Assembly: GCA_963738945.1 (NCBI GenBank)
Contig: CAVTYD010000002.1
Location: 3,285,233 to 3,349,232 of the forward strand
DNA length: 64,000 nt
Origin: an uncultured Acidobacteriota bacterium
GTDB lineage: Bacteria > Acidobacteriota > Thermoanaerobaculia > UBA5066 > Gp7-AA6
Reading direction: 5' to 3'
This document shows, piece after piece, positions 1 through 7,909 of this stretch. The translations under genes were made by a program, and so were the position numbers. The notes under the pieces are model-generated. The model saw only the letters and a program-made list of their open reading frames with translations. It ran no database searches and was not told where the DNA came from. How positions within the stretch are numbered: position 1 is the first letter of the stretch; each line of letters begins with the position of its first letter.

Positions 1-1
1 C

Positions 2-496
2 TTCCTGCTTCTTCTTGCGGCGGCCGCCCCTCCCCGGGCGGCCGCGGTCGACGCCGGTCAGCCAGCGCCTGCGCTCGTCGTACCGGAGCTCGACGGCACG
101 ACCTTCGACCTGAAGCAGCAGCGCGGCAAGGTCGTCCTCGTGAACTTCTGGGCAACCTGGTGCGAGCCGTGCCGCCAGGAGGCCCCGATCCTCGAAGCGT
201 TCTACGAGGCACAGCACGCCAACGGACTGGTGCTCCTCGCGCTCTCCTTGAACCGTCCGCGAGAGCGGGATGCCGTTCGGAAGGCCATGCAATCCATGAC
301 CTATCCGGTCGCCATCGCGGCCGAGGCCTCGAGCAACGGCTTTGGAGCCGTGCGGGTACTCCCCGTGACCTACGTCATCGACCGGGAAGGGATCGTGCGC
401 GCCCGCCTGGGGGCCGGTACTCCCGTGACCATGCCACAGCTCGAAGAGATCGTGCGTCCCCTGATCCACGCAGGGGACTCGACGACGACTCGCTGA
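2..496 (+). CDS. TlpA/ResA-like periplasmic thiol:disulfide oxidoreductase (thioredoxin fold); 5' end lies outside the window
   Basis: The frame is open from the window edge. A hydrophobic signal-like N-terminus (FLLLLAAAAP) is followed by a thioredoxin core with the WCEPC active site (VVLVNFWATWCEPCRQE) and a cis-Pro region (VLPVTYVID). Confidence 0.85.
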   Translation, partial: FLLLLAAAAPPRAAAVDAGQPAPALVVPELDGTTFDLKQQRGKVVLVNFWATWCEPCRQEAPILEAFYEAQHANGLVLLALSLNRPRERDAVRKAMQSMTYPVAIAAEASSNGFGAVRVLPVTYVIDREGIVRARLGAGTPVTMPQLEEIVRPLIHAGDSTTTR

Positions 497-535
497 TCGG
501 GCGGCCCATCAAGTCTGCGGGGCACTTCCGGCGGA

Positions 536-2497
536 TCAATCCGTTAGAAACGCCTTGGTGAGGAAAACGGCCATCTGGCCGCGCGTGTTCGGGTTCGTGG
601 GACAGTACTCGAGCGGCCCCGTCTGGCAGCCGCCCGTGATGCCCTCGGCGTAGAGCCTCTCGACCCAGTTGGCGAACTGGCTCGGGCACATGACGTCGCC
701 GAAGATCCCGGTGCAGTCGGGCGGCACGTAGTCGTGGCCGTGCTCGGTCTTCAGGAGGAACACCGCCATCTGGGCGCGCGTGACCGGATTGGCCGGACAG
801 TAGAGTCCGGGGGCGCAGCCGCCGGTAATGCCCTCGGCCGAAAGCTGCTCGACCCAGTTGGTGAAGGTCCCCGGACACGGCACGTCCGTGAACTCGCCCG
901 TGCAGCTCGGCGGCAGATAGTTCGAGCCGTGCTCGGCCTTCAGCAGGAAGACGGCCATCTGGTCGCGCCGCACGGAGGCGTCGCGGCAGTAGTCGCCGCT
1001 GCCGCACCCGGCGGTGATGCCGAAGCGGAAGATCGCCTCGACGAAGTTGTGGAACTGGTCGGCCTGGGGCACGTCGAGGAAGTCGGCCATCCAGGCTGCC
1101 TGCAGGAATCCCGCGGTCGTGTCCGGGTTGAAGACGGCCACGTCGTTGAGGCTCCCGGGCGGCAGCGCCGGCGTCGTCGCGTTGATCTGCATCGGGCCGA
1201 CGACGTCGACGCCCGTGGCGGACTGTCCCGACAGCGTGACGGCCGCGCCGTCCTGGTAGAGCGCGCCCGTGAGCGTGATCGCCGTTCCTCCCGAGGCGGG
1301 ACCGGAGGTCGGTGAAATCGACGTGATGATCGGAATCGTCATCCGGTAGATGGCGCCGACGCCGTGAGCGCCGCCGGTCGAAGCCGTGCCGTAGAGCGCG
1401 AAGTCGCCCCCCTGAATGACGCCGCCATACGGGTTCGAGCCGCTCGCGTTGGCGAAGTCGTGCGCCGAGGCGGTCAGTTGTCCCGCGAGCGTCATGCGAT
1501 AGACGGTGCCGCCGCTGTTGCCGCCGCCGCTCGGCGCGGTCCCGTAGAGCAGTCCACCGGCGGCCTGGATCAGCCCGGCGCGAGGGTTGGTGCCGTCGGC
1601 CGAGGAGAACGCGTGAATGACGGAATAGGTCGTGCCGTCCTTGCGGACGCGGAACGCCGTTCCCCCGCCGCTGCCGCCGAACAGGGTCGTTCCGTAGAGA
1701 AACGAGTCGCTCGCCTCGATCAGCGAGGCCTGCGGATCCTGCCCGTCCGAGGAACCCGTGAACGTGTGGAGCGTCGAGAAGCTCATGCCGTCCGTGTTCA
1801 GGCCGAACACCGTGCCGAGGCCCGAGCCGTTGTGGCCCATCTCGGTCGTGCCGTAGAGCCGGCCGTCGGAGGCGAGGAGCAGGCCCGCGTATGGGTACGA
1901 GCCGTCGGTGACGCCGCTGCCGAAGCCGTAGATGACGGTGTAGTCGCTGCCCGAGGTATCCATGGAGAACACCGTGCCGAAGCCGTTCGCGCCGTCGTTC
2001 CTCGCGACGCCGTAGAGCGTCGTGCCCGAGATCTGCAGCCGTCCGAAGGGAGTGCCGCCCTCGTTGGCGCCGTCGAAGTGATGGATGACCGAGAAGTTGT
2101 TGCCGTTGGTGTCGATCTTGAAGATCACGCCTGCGCTCGAGTTCCCGCCGTCCTGGCAGGTCCCGTAGAGGAACCCGTCGGCCGCGAGGATGAGGGAGGC
2201 ATATGGTCCCGAGCCGTCCGTGGTGTTGAAGCTGTGGAGGACGACGAAGTTGCCTCCGTCGGGATCGAGCTTGAAGACGGAGCCGACTCCGTTCTCGCCG
2301 CCGGCCGTGGCCGTGCCGTAAAGCTTGCTGTTGGAATCCTGAACCAGAGCCGCGCGGGGGTTGTTGCCCTCCGATACCTCGAGGCTGTGAATCGCGGTGT
2401 AGCCCTGGGCGGCGGAGATGGACGGGTGGAGCAGAGCGGCGACGGCGCAGAGAGAGACGGTGCCGCGGACGAGCCAGCGCAAGGAAACACGGTTCAT
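536..2497 (-). CDS. Exported GloVer-type tandem-repeat protein with a C-terminal IPT/TIG domain and three Cys-containing SLH-like repeats
   Basis: The ATG at 2497 gives a signal peptide (MNRVSLRWLVRGTVSLCAVAALL). About 9 repeats of the G.LYGT..GG..G.GTVF type follow. Next comes an IPT-like segment (IITSISPTSGPASGGTAITLTG). Then there are 3 repeats of GIT.GC....YCP...VTR.QMAVFLLK. The listed 817-aa ORF extension upstream of 2497 is Arg/Pro-rich off-frame sequence. Confidence 0.85.
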   Translation of the reverse strand: MNRVSLRWLVRGTVSLCAVAALLHPSISAAQGYTAIHSLEVSEGNNPRAALVQDSNSKLYGTATAGGENGVGSVFKLDPDGGNFVVLHSFNTTDGSGPYASLILAADGFLYGTCQDGGNSSAGVIFKIDTNGNNFSVIHHFDGANEGGTPFGRLQISGTTLYGVARNDGANGFGTVFSMDTSGSDYTVIYGFGSGVTDGSYPYAGLLLASDGRLYGTTEMGHNGSGLGTVFGLNTDGMSFSTLHTFTGSSDGQDPQASLIEASDSFLYGTTLFGGSGGGTAFRVRKDGTTYSVIHAFSSADGTNPRAGLIQAAGGLLYGTAPSGGGNSGGTVYRMTLAGQLTASAHDFANASGSNPYGGVIQGGDFALYGTASTGGAHGVGAIYRMTIPIITSISPTSGPASGGTAITLTGALYQDGAAVTLSGQSATGVDVVGPMQINATTPALPPGSLNDVAVFNPDTTAGFLQAAWMADFLDVPQADQFHNFVEAIFRFGITAGCGSGDYCRDASVRRDQMAVFLLKAEHGSNYLPPSCTGEFTDVPCPGTFTNWVEQLSAEGITGGCAPGLYCPANPVTRAQMAVFLLKTEHGHDYVPPDCTGIFGDVMCPSQFANWVERLYAEGITGGCQTGPLEYCPTNPNTRGQMAVFLTKAFLTD

Positions 2498-3009
2498 GAC
2501 GCCTCCATCGAGGCCGGAAATTCTTTCACAGGTCGGCGGGCCGGGGGAGTCTCCGCGACACGGGCCCGCCGCCGTCGTCCGTGCCGTTTCTCGGGCTCGG
2601 GGTGGTGCCTGGGGTGGAAGACGTAGCCGAGGACCAGGAGAAGCCCGAGACCGGCGTGAAGGAAGCCCGTCGCGCGGACGGCGCCCCTCTCGACGAAGAC
2701 CTGGATCAGGTAGCCGGTCAGAACGAGGGGCAGGAACAGAACGAGCATCGCCGTCCCGGTTCTCCTTCCCTCGGGCTCGGCCTGGCGCAGCTTCGCCAGC
2801 GCGTGGCGGCGCAGCAGCAGTCCGATGCCGAAGATCGCCAGCGGCGCGACGAGGAGATGGGCCTTCAGGAGGGCCGGCTGCCAGGGATGGCCCGCGCGCG
2901 AATCGGGATCGGGGCTCGGGACGAAGTACTTGAAGACGCCATAGACGAGGCCCGTCAGCGAGATCGCGACGAGCGCCGCGTGATTCCACCAGGCCTCCCA
3001 GCGCTTCAC
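2494..3009 (-). CDS. 4-TM His-bearing membrane protein (DUF4405-like / cytochrome-b-like; function uncertain)
   Basis: The GTG at 3009 overlaps the upstream stop (GTGA) and its stop overlaps the next start (ATGA). Four hydrophobic helices carry conserved-looking His residues (WWNHAALV, LKAHLLVAP, FLHAGLGLL). The rest of the listed 396-aa ORF upstream is out-of-frame sequence over the FMN_bind gene. Confidence 0.7.
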   Translation of the reverse strand: MKRWEAWWNHAALVAISLTGLVYGVFKYFVPSPDPDSRAGHPWQPALLKAHLLVAPLAIFGIGLLLRRHALAKLRQAEPEGRRTGTAMLVLFLPLVLTGYLIQVFVERGAVRATGFLHAGLGLLLVLGYVFHPRHHPEPEKRHGRRRRARVAETPPARRPVKEFPASMEAS

Positions 3010-3575
3010 GGCTTCGGGGCTTCCTGCAGGACCCTGTGGAGCGCGAGCACGCGGCGGGCGGCGTCGGTCGTGGCGCGCGCCGTCAGCGTCGCCCCGGTCA
3101 CGCCACGGATGCCGCGCTTCATCGAGAGCTCGTCGTCGAGCGGCCTGCCCTGGAACTGCTCGTACCAGTGGGGCTTCGGCATGTATTCCTCGGGCTCGGA
3201 GAAGGACAGGACTTCGATGCGTGCGATCGCGCCGGCCGGATCCACGACGACCATGATCGTCTCCGGCATCGTCCGGACCGTGTGCGTGTCGAAGTAGGCG
3301 GTGCCGACCGGGCGGCCGTCCCGGGTCGCCGCGTCGAAGGTCACCAGGGCCGACGGCAGATCCTCGTCGCCCGAGAGTTTCTGCGCCGCCTTCTGCTGCG
3401 CCGCGGTGAGGTACGCGGTGCGGCGCTCGACCGTCGCTCCGGGAAAAGCGAGCTTCAGCGCCTCCTCGGGCGTGAGGAGGACTTTCGCCGCGGCCGCCGA
3501 GGCGGCGAGACACGCCGCCGCCGCGACGATCGAGCGCGCGACGCCTAGAAGACGTATCCGAGCGAAACGTTCCAA
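3006..3575 (-). CDS. Exported FMN-binding domain protein (ApbE substrate type)
   Basis: Has a signal peptide and an FMN_bind-like C-terminus with the flavinylation motif GIRGVTGATLTA ([S/T]GA[S/T]). Confidence 0.8.
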   Translation of the reverse strand: MERFARIRLLGVARSIVAAAACLAASAAAAKVLLTPEEALKLAFPGATVERRTAYLTAAQQKAAQKLSGDEDLPSALVTFDAATRDGRPVGTAYFDTHTVRTMPETIMVVVDPAGAIARIEVLSFSEPEEYMPKPHWYEQFQGRPLDDELSMKRGIRGVTGATLTARATTDAARRVLALHRVLQEAPKP

Positions 3576-4981
3576 AGGTTGACTCCGGTCTGCGCGGCAT
3601 TCCGCCGCTGTTGCCAGTCGGCCTTGAGAATGAGCTGGGGAATCGGCTGGAACACGGCGCCAAGGGTCCAGCCGTGGATGTCATTTTCCGGGTTGCGCGC
3701 GTAGCCGACCGGCACGGCAGCCTGCGTGTCGTACTGCTCGTACCGCGCGAAGGGGATGAGGTTCATCTTCGATCCGGAAACGAGCGACAACACGTCGAAC
3801 CCGGCCTGTCCGTACCAGCCTTCCTGCGTGCTGCCGACCGATTCGTCGCCCTCGAAGTTGTTCAGCTGGTTGATGAGGTCCGCCTGCTGGATGGTCGTAT
3901 GGGCGTAGATGCCGCGTACCCAGATTCCCCGCCAGCGCCAGTCGACGTGGGCCTCGACGAGCGTCGTCAGGCCGCTGATCTTCTCGCCCGACGGCGTGAA
4001 TTGCCCCTGTCCCGAGTCGCCCGAGAAGACCGAGGCGCCGGCGAGAAGACCGGGGACGGCCGTGAAGTCGACGCGGCCGGCGAAGGCCCAGCTCTTCGCG
4101 AGGGCCTCGGAACCCTCCTGGGATCCTTCGCGGATGCCGCCCTCCGCGGTGTAGCCGGCCGCGTTCAGGCCGTTGACGCCGTACAACTGATAGGAGACCG
4201 GTCCGCACGTGCCGTAAAAGCCGGTGCCGATCTCGCGCCACGTCGTCGGGATGATGACCTCGTCCACGTCCGGACGGCGCGCTCCCAGAAACGCCGTCGG
4301 CTCGTGGAGCTGGTTGATCAGGCCCGAGGGAATCAGGATCAGGCCCGTCCGCGCGTTGAACGCCGGCGAGTTCGTGTAGTCGATGTACGCGAACTCGACC
4401 TCGGCCTCGCCGCCCTTGTCGGAGGCCACGACGGCGTTCTCGTACTCGATCTCCGAGTTCAGGACGAAGTGCTGGTCGAACTTGTAGCCGATGTACACGA
4501 CCGCCCGCAGGTCCGTGATGACGTCCTCGCCGCTCGAGGGGGCGCCGCTCTGGTCCTTCGATGCGAAGTTGCTGTAGAGGATCTCGCCGTAGCCGCCGAT
4601 CGAGAGCCCCTTCTTGATGCCGTAGATCTTGGCCGCGGCGGGGCCGATGCCGTACCGCTCGACCGACTTCTCGCCGGTCGCCGCGCCGGCCTCGGAGGCC
4701 GGGGCGGCCTCGCCCATCTTCAGGTTCTGAATCTCCTGCGCCAGGATGTCGATCCGGCGAGAGAGCTCCTCGAGCCTGGCGTTGGTCTCGGCCGATGAAG
4801 ACGAGAACTTGAGCTTGTCGAGGTCGGCCCGCGTGTCGGCGAGGAGCTTCTCGAGCTCCTGGATCCGCTGCTCGGGCGTGAGCGTCGAGGGAGGCGCCGC
4901 CGGGGGAGTCTGCGCGGCGGCGGGAGCGCCCGCCGCCAGAGCGATGCCGGCAACCAGGAGAAGTCCCGGAACACGACGCAT
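3545..4981 (-). CDS. Outer-membrane porin-like beta-barrel with an N-terminal coiled coil
   Basis: Has a signal peptide (LLLVAGIALAAGAPAAAQ), a coiled-coil segment (RIQELEKLLADTRADLDKLK...LAQEIQNLK), alternating beta-strand-like sequence, and a terminal ...NVSLGYVF with C-terminal Phe. Confidence 0.75.
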   Translation of the reverse strand: MRRVPGLLLVAGIALAAGAPAAAQTPPAAPPSTLTPEQRIQELEKLLADTRADLDKLKFSSSSAETNARLEELSRRIDILAQEIQNLKMGEAAPASEAGAATGEKSVERYGIGPAAAKIYGIKKGLSIGGYGEILYSNFASKDQSGAPSSGEDVITDLRAVVYIGYKFDQHFVLNSEIEYENAVVASDKGGEAEVEFAYIDYTNSPAFNARTGLILIPSGLINQLHEPTAFLGARRPDVDEVIIPTTWREIGTGFYGTCGPVSYQLYGVNGLNAAGYTAEGGIREGSQEGSEALAKSWAFAGRVDFTAVPGLLAGASVFSGDSGQGQFTPSGEKISGLTTLVEAHVDWRWRGIWVRGIYAHTTIQQADLINQLNNFEGDESVGSTQEGWYGQAGFDVLSLVSGSKMNLIPFARYEQYDTQAAVPVGYARNPENDIHGWTLGAVFQPIPQLILKADWQQRRNAAQTGVNLWNVSLGYVF

Positions 4982-4996
4982 GAGGTCTTCCTCCTC

Positions 4997-6040
4997 TCAG
5001 GGTGTGGGAGTCATGAGGCCGCGCACCGCTCTCGGGTCGGCCGTGAGGACGAAGGAGGCCATACCGGGGCTGGCGGAGGCCTCGAGGTGGTCGCCCGAAA
5101 CGGCGAGAAAGAGGACCTCCTGCTCGACGCCCCGCTGCCGGAGGCCTTCCGAGAGGGCGAGTCCGCGTTCGGGACCGAGCACGAAGAAGGCGGTCGAGAG
5201 AACGTCGGCGACGAGACCGGTCGGCGCAATCACGGTGACCGATCCGAAGTCCGCCGCGGGTTCACCCGTTTTCGGATCGAGGATGTGGCCGATCCGCCGC
5301 CCGGCGACGATGCGGGACCGCTCCGAGTCGCCGGAGGTCGAGGCGGACCGGTCCACGAGGCCGAGCTCGACGACCGTCCGCTGCCGGTCGCGCGGATCCG
5401 CCACCGGAACGCGCCAGGGTTTCTCGGAGGTGTCCGATCCGAGTGCGTAGACCTGTCCGCCGAGATCGAGCAGGGCGCTGCGGACCCCCGCCTTCGCCAG
5501 GACTTTCGCGGCGCGGTCGAGGCCGTAGCCCTTGCCCCACGCCCCCTCGTCGATTCCGGCGCGAGCGGTCAGGCGCGTCACGGTGCGGGCCGCCGCATCG
5601 ATGCGGAAGCGGTCGATGCCCGTCGCGGCGCGCGCTTGCGAGAGCTCGGCTTCGGTCGGAACGCGTCCCCCGGCGCGAAGGCCCCATGCCCGCACGAGAG
5701 GCAGGACGGTGGCGTCGAAGGCGCCCTCGGTTCGGGGTGTCCAGGCGAAGACGTCCGCGAGAAGCCGGACGAGCTCGTCCGACACGGCGACGGGCTTTCC
5801 CTCGGGCGCGGCGTCGATTCGCTCGAGCTCGCCGCCCCGCTTCCAGGTGGTCAGGAGCGCTTCGACCCGCTGAATCTCCGTCAGGGCCGCCTCGGAGGCC
5901 GTCAGCGCCTGCTCGCGATACTTCATTCGCACGACGAGATCGAGCGTCGTCCCCATGCTCTCCACGCGGCGCTCGACCGTCGAGACGACGGGCTCGTAGT
6001 CGAGGCGTGCGGCCAGCAGCGCGGCGGCGAGCAGCGGCAT
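4997..6040 (-). CDS. apbE: ApbE family FAD:protein FMN transferase
   Basis: Typical ApbE-like sequence throughout (MGTTLDLVV..., GAFDATVLPLVRAWG, GIDEGAWGKGYGLD, DLGGQ, STSGDSERS). The start shares 1 nt with the stop of the upstream gene. Confidence 0.85.
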   Translation of the reverse strand: MPLLAAALLAARLDYEPVVSTVERRVESMGTTLDLVVRMKYREQALTASEAALTEIQRVEALLTTWKRGGELERIDAAPEGKPVAVSDELVRLLADVFAWTPRTEGAFDATVLPLVRAWGLRAGGRVPTEAELSQARAATGIDRFRIDAAARTVTRLTARAGIDEGAWGKGYGLDRAAKVLAKAGVRSALLDLGGQVYALGSDTSEKPWRVPVADPRDRQRTVVELGLVDRSASTSGDSERSRIVAGRRIGHILDPKTGEPAADFGSVTVIAPTGLVADVLSTAFFVLGPERGLALSEGLRQRGVEQEVLFLAVSGDHLEASASPGMASFVLTADPRAVRGLMTPTP

Positions 6041-7776
6041 CAGTTGTAGTCCTCGTTCAGGGACCGCAGGAACGCGGCCACCGGCTCCTTGTCCGCGCTC
6101 GGGTCCTCGGCGAAGAAGATCCCCGCGAGCTCGGGAGACCCGTTGCGCACGCGGCCATCCCGCTGCTCGTCCGACATCGTGTCGTAGAGCTCGAGCACCT
6201 CCTCGAGCGTGCGCATGCGCCCGGTGTGCAGGTAGGGCCCGGACTGGCCGAGGTCGCGCAGCGTGGGCGTCTTGAAGTATCCGATCAGGCCGCGCAGCGC
6301 GTCGGCGGGAGCGAGGCCGTCGGGGTTCAGCAGGGCATTGAGCGTCTCCTGCGGCGCCGGGATGTCCGGGTTCGCGAAGACGTTCCAGACACCGAGATCC
6401 GCGGACCCGCTCCTGAATGCTCCGGTCGCCAGGGGATGCTGCGGCGTCGGCGGCAGGTAGTCGTCGTAGCGGGCATTGCGATAGGCGAGATCCGGGATGA
6501 AGAGACGCCGAAAGGCGCCGTCCCCGTGGTCGGCGTCGTACTGATCCTGGGTCGCGCCGATGTTGTGGAAAGATGAGTCGGTGAATCGCGGCGCCGGGTG
6601 GCAGGCGATGCAGTTCCCGGTCCGCGTCGACGGGTACCGGGGGTCGCCGGCGAGCGTCTGCGGCAGAGGCTCGCGCAGGAAGATCTTCAAGCCCGTCAGC
6701 TCCTCGGCGCCGAAGACGAACTCCTGGTCGTGCTCCGTGAACGCGCCGTCCTCCGGGCCGACGTAAACGGGATTCGTCAGCGCATTCACGGCGTCGCGCA
6801 GGCGGCGGCTGTAGGCGAGGTCCGTCTCGCCGGGGTCGGGTCCGGCGGGAAGGCCGTTCTTCGCGAGGAAGACGTCGTAGGGAGACGTGTTCGCGAAGGT
6901 CAGCGACTGCATGTAGGCCGTGATGAGCTTCGCGACGGCGGCGACGATGTCCCCGTCGGTCGCGCTCGCGACGTCGATCCGGAACGCGGGCGGCAGGAGC
7001 AGCTCGGCGGGAATCGAAGGATCGGTCCCGGCGAGAATCTTCCGGTAGGAGCCGCCATACTGCGCGCCGAGCTCGTCGGTGCCGTCGTCTTCGCGGATGA
7101 CCCGGGCGATGTGGGCGAAGGCCTGCGGGGCCTCGAGCGGCAGCCAGCCGAAGTTGCGCCCGGTCATCGTCCCGATCACCAGGTCCTCGGGCGTCGTGAA
7201 CTCGCCGTCGAAGTGCAGGAAGAACGGCACCGAGCGCGGCAGGAGGGCGTTCACGAGCGTTGGGGTGTTGCGGGGAGTGTGGACCTGGCCGTCCTCGCGC
7301 AGCGGAACGAGGCTCTGACGGCTGAAATCGTCATAGGTGCGCGTCGGCGCCCCGGCCGTGTCGTCGACGAGGTGGCAGTTGCGGCAGTTCATCGACTTGC
7401 CGGCGAAGGGACCGGGCAGCGGGCCGTCCGACGTGGGGAGTGTGGCGAGCACGGGGTCGCCCTGGGCGAGCGGCCGATTGACCCCGCTCATGTGCGCGGC
7501 GAAATACTGGGCGAACCGCGTCTCGAGAAAGAGCCGTTCTCCGATCGCGACCTCCGGCGGATCGGTCTCGCCGGCGCGGGGGCGTGGCATTCCGGGCAGC
7601 CGGACGAGCCGGGCCGGTGCGGCAAACGCGGAGCCGATCGGGGTGCTTCGAGTGGCGGTGCCGCCGGCGCCGATGACCGCGGCGAGTCCGAGCGCGGCGG
7701 CGAGTCCGATGACGGCCGGGGCGAGCGCGGCGGCGACGATGCGCGGCGGCTTCGACCAGGGAGTCACGCGAGGCAT
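6040..7776 (-). CDS. Di-haem cytochrome c peroxidase family protein (CCP/MauG-like)
   Basis: Two CXXCH haem motifs are present (MNCRNCHLV and GNCIACHPA). There is a signal/TM N-terminus and CCP-like spacing (...TPTLRDLGQSGPYLHTGRM). Confidence 0.85.
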   Translation of the reverse strand: MPRVTPWSKPPRIVAAALAPAVIGLAAALGLAAVIGAGGTATRSTPIGSAFAAPARLVRLPGMPRPRAGETDPPEVAIGERLFLETRFAQYFAAHMSGVNRPLAQGDPVLATLPTSDGPLPGPFAGKSMNCRNCHLVDDTAGAPTRTYDDFSRQSLVPLREDGQVHTPRNTPTLVNALLPRSVPFFLHFDGEFTTPEDLVIGTMTGRNFGWLPLEAPQAFAHIARVIREDDGTDELGAQYGGSYRKILAGTDPSIPAELLLPPAFRIDVASATDGDIVAAVAKLITAYMQSLTFANTSPYDVFLAKNGLPAGPDPGETDLAYSRRLRDAVNALTNPVYVGPEDGAFTEHDQEFVFGAEELTGLKIFLREPLPQTLAGDPRYPSTRTGNCIACHPAPRFTDSSFHNIGATQDQYDADHGDGAFRRLFIPDLAYRNARYDDYLPPTPQHPLATGAFRSGSADLGVWNVFANPDIPAPQETLNALLNPDGLAPADALRGLIGYFKTPTLRDLGQSGPYLHTGRMRTLEEVLELYDTMSDEQRDGRVRNGSPELAGIFFAEDPSADKEPVAAFLRSLNEDYN

Positions 7777-7792
7777 CCTTCGTTCTCCAGTC

Positions 7793-7847
7793 TGGATTGA
7801 GATTCAGTCTCAATCGCAAGATATGCCGGCGTGGAGGCGCGCGTCAA
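7793..7847 (-). promoter_or_regulatory. Putative sigma70-type promoter plus palindromic operator of the peroxidase-ApbE operon
   Basis: On the minus strand the order is TTGACG (7847-7842), 17 nt, ATATCT (7824-7819), then GCGATTGAGACTGAATCTCAATCC. The core is the perfect palindrome GATTGAGA-N5-TCTCAATC at 7795-7815. An SD-like GAAGGA precedes the ATG at 7776. Confidence 0.6.
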
Positions 7848-7909
7848 GCCGGGAAATGGGAGCGCTCGGATCCCGCTCCCTTTCGGGTACTTCGGGGCGT
7901 AAAGAACTG

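Noticed and set aside
536-2989. Listed 817-aa version of the GloVer protein, and the 396-aa ORF 2494..3684
   Set aside because: The upstream extensions are Arg/Pro-rich and overlap the FMN_bind and 4-TM genes in other frames. The internal starts (ATG 2497, GTG 3009) give proper signal or TM N-termini and canonical 4-nt overlaps.
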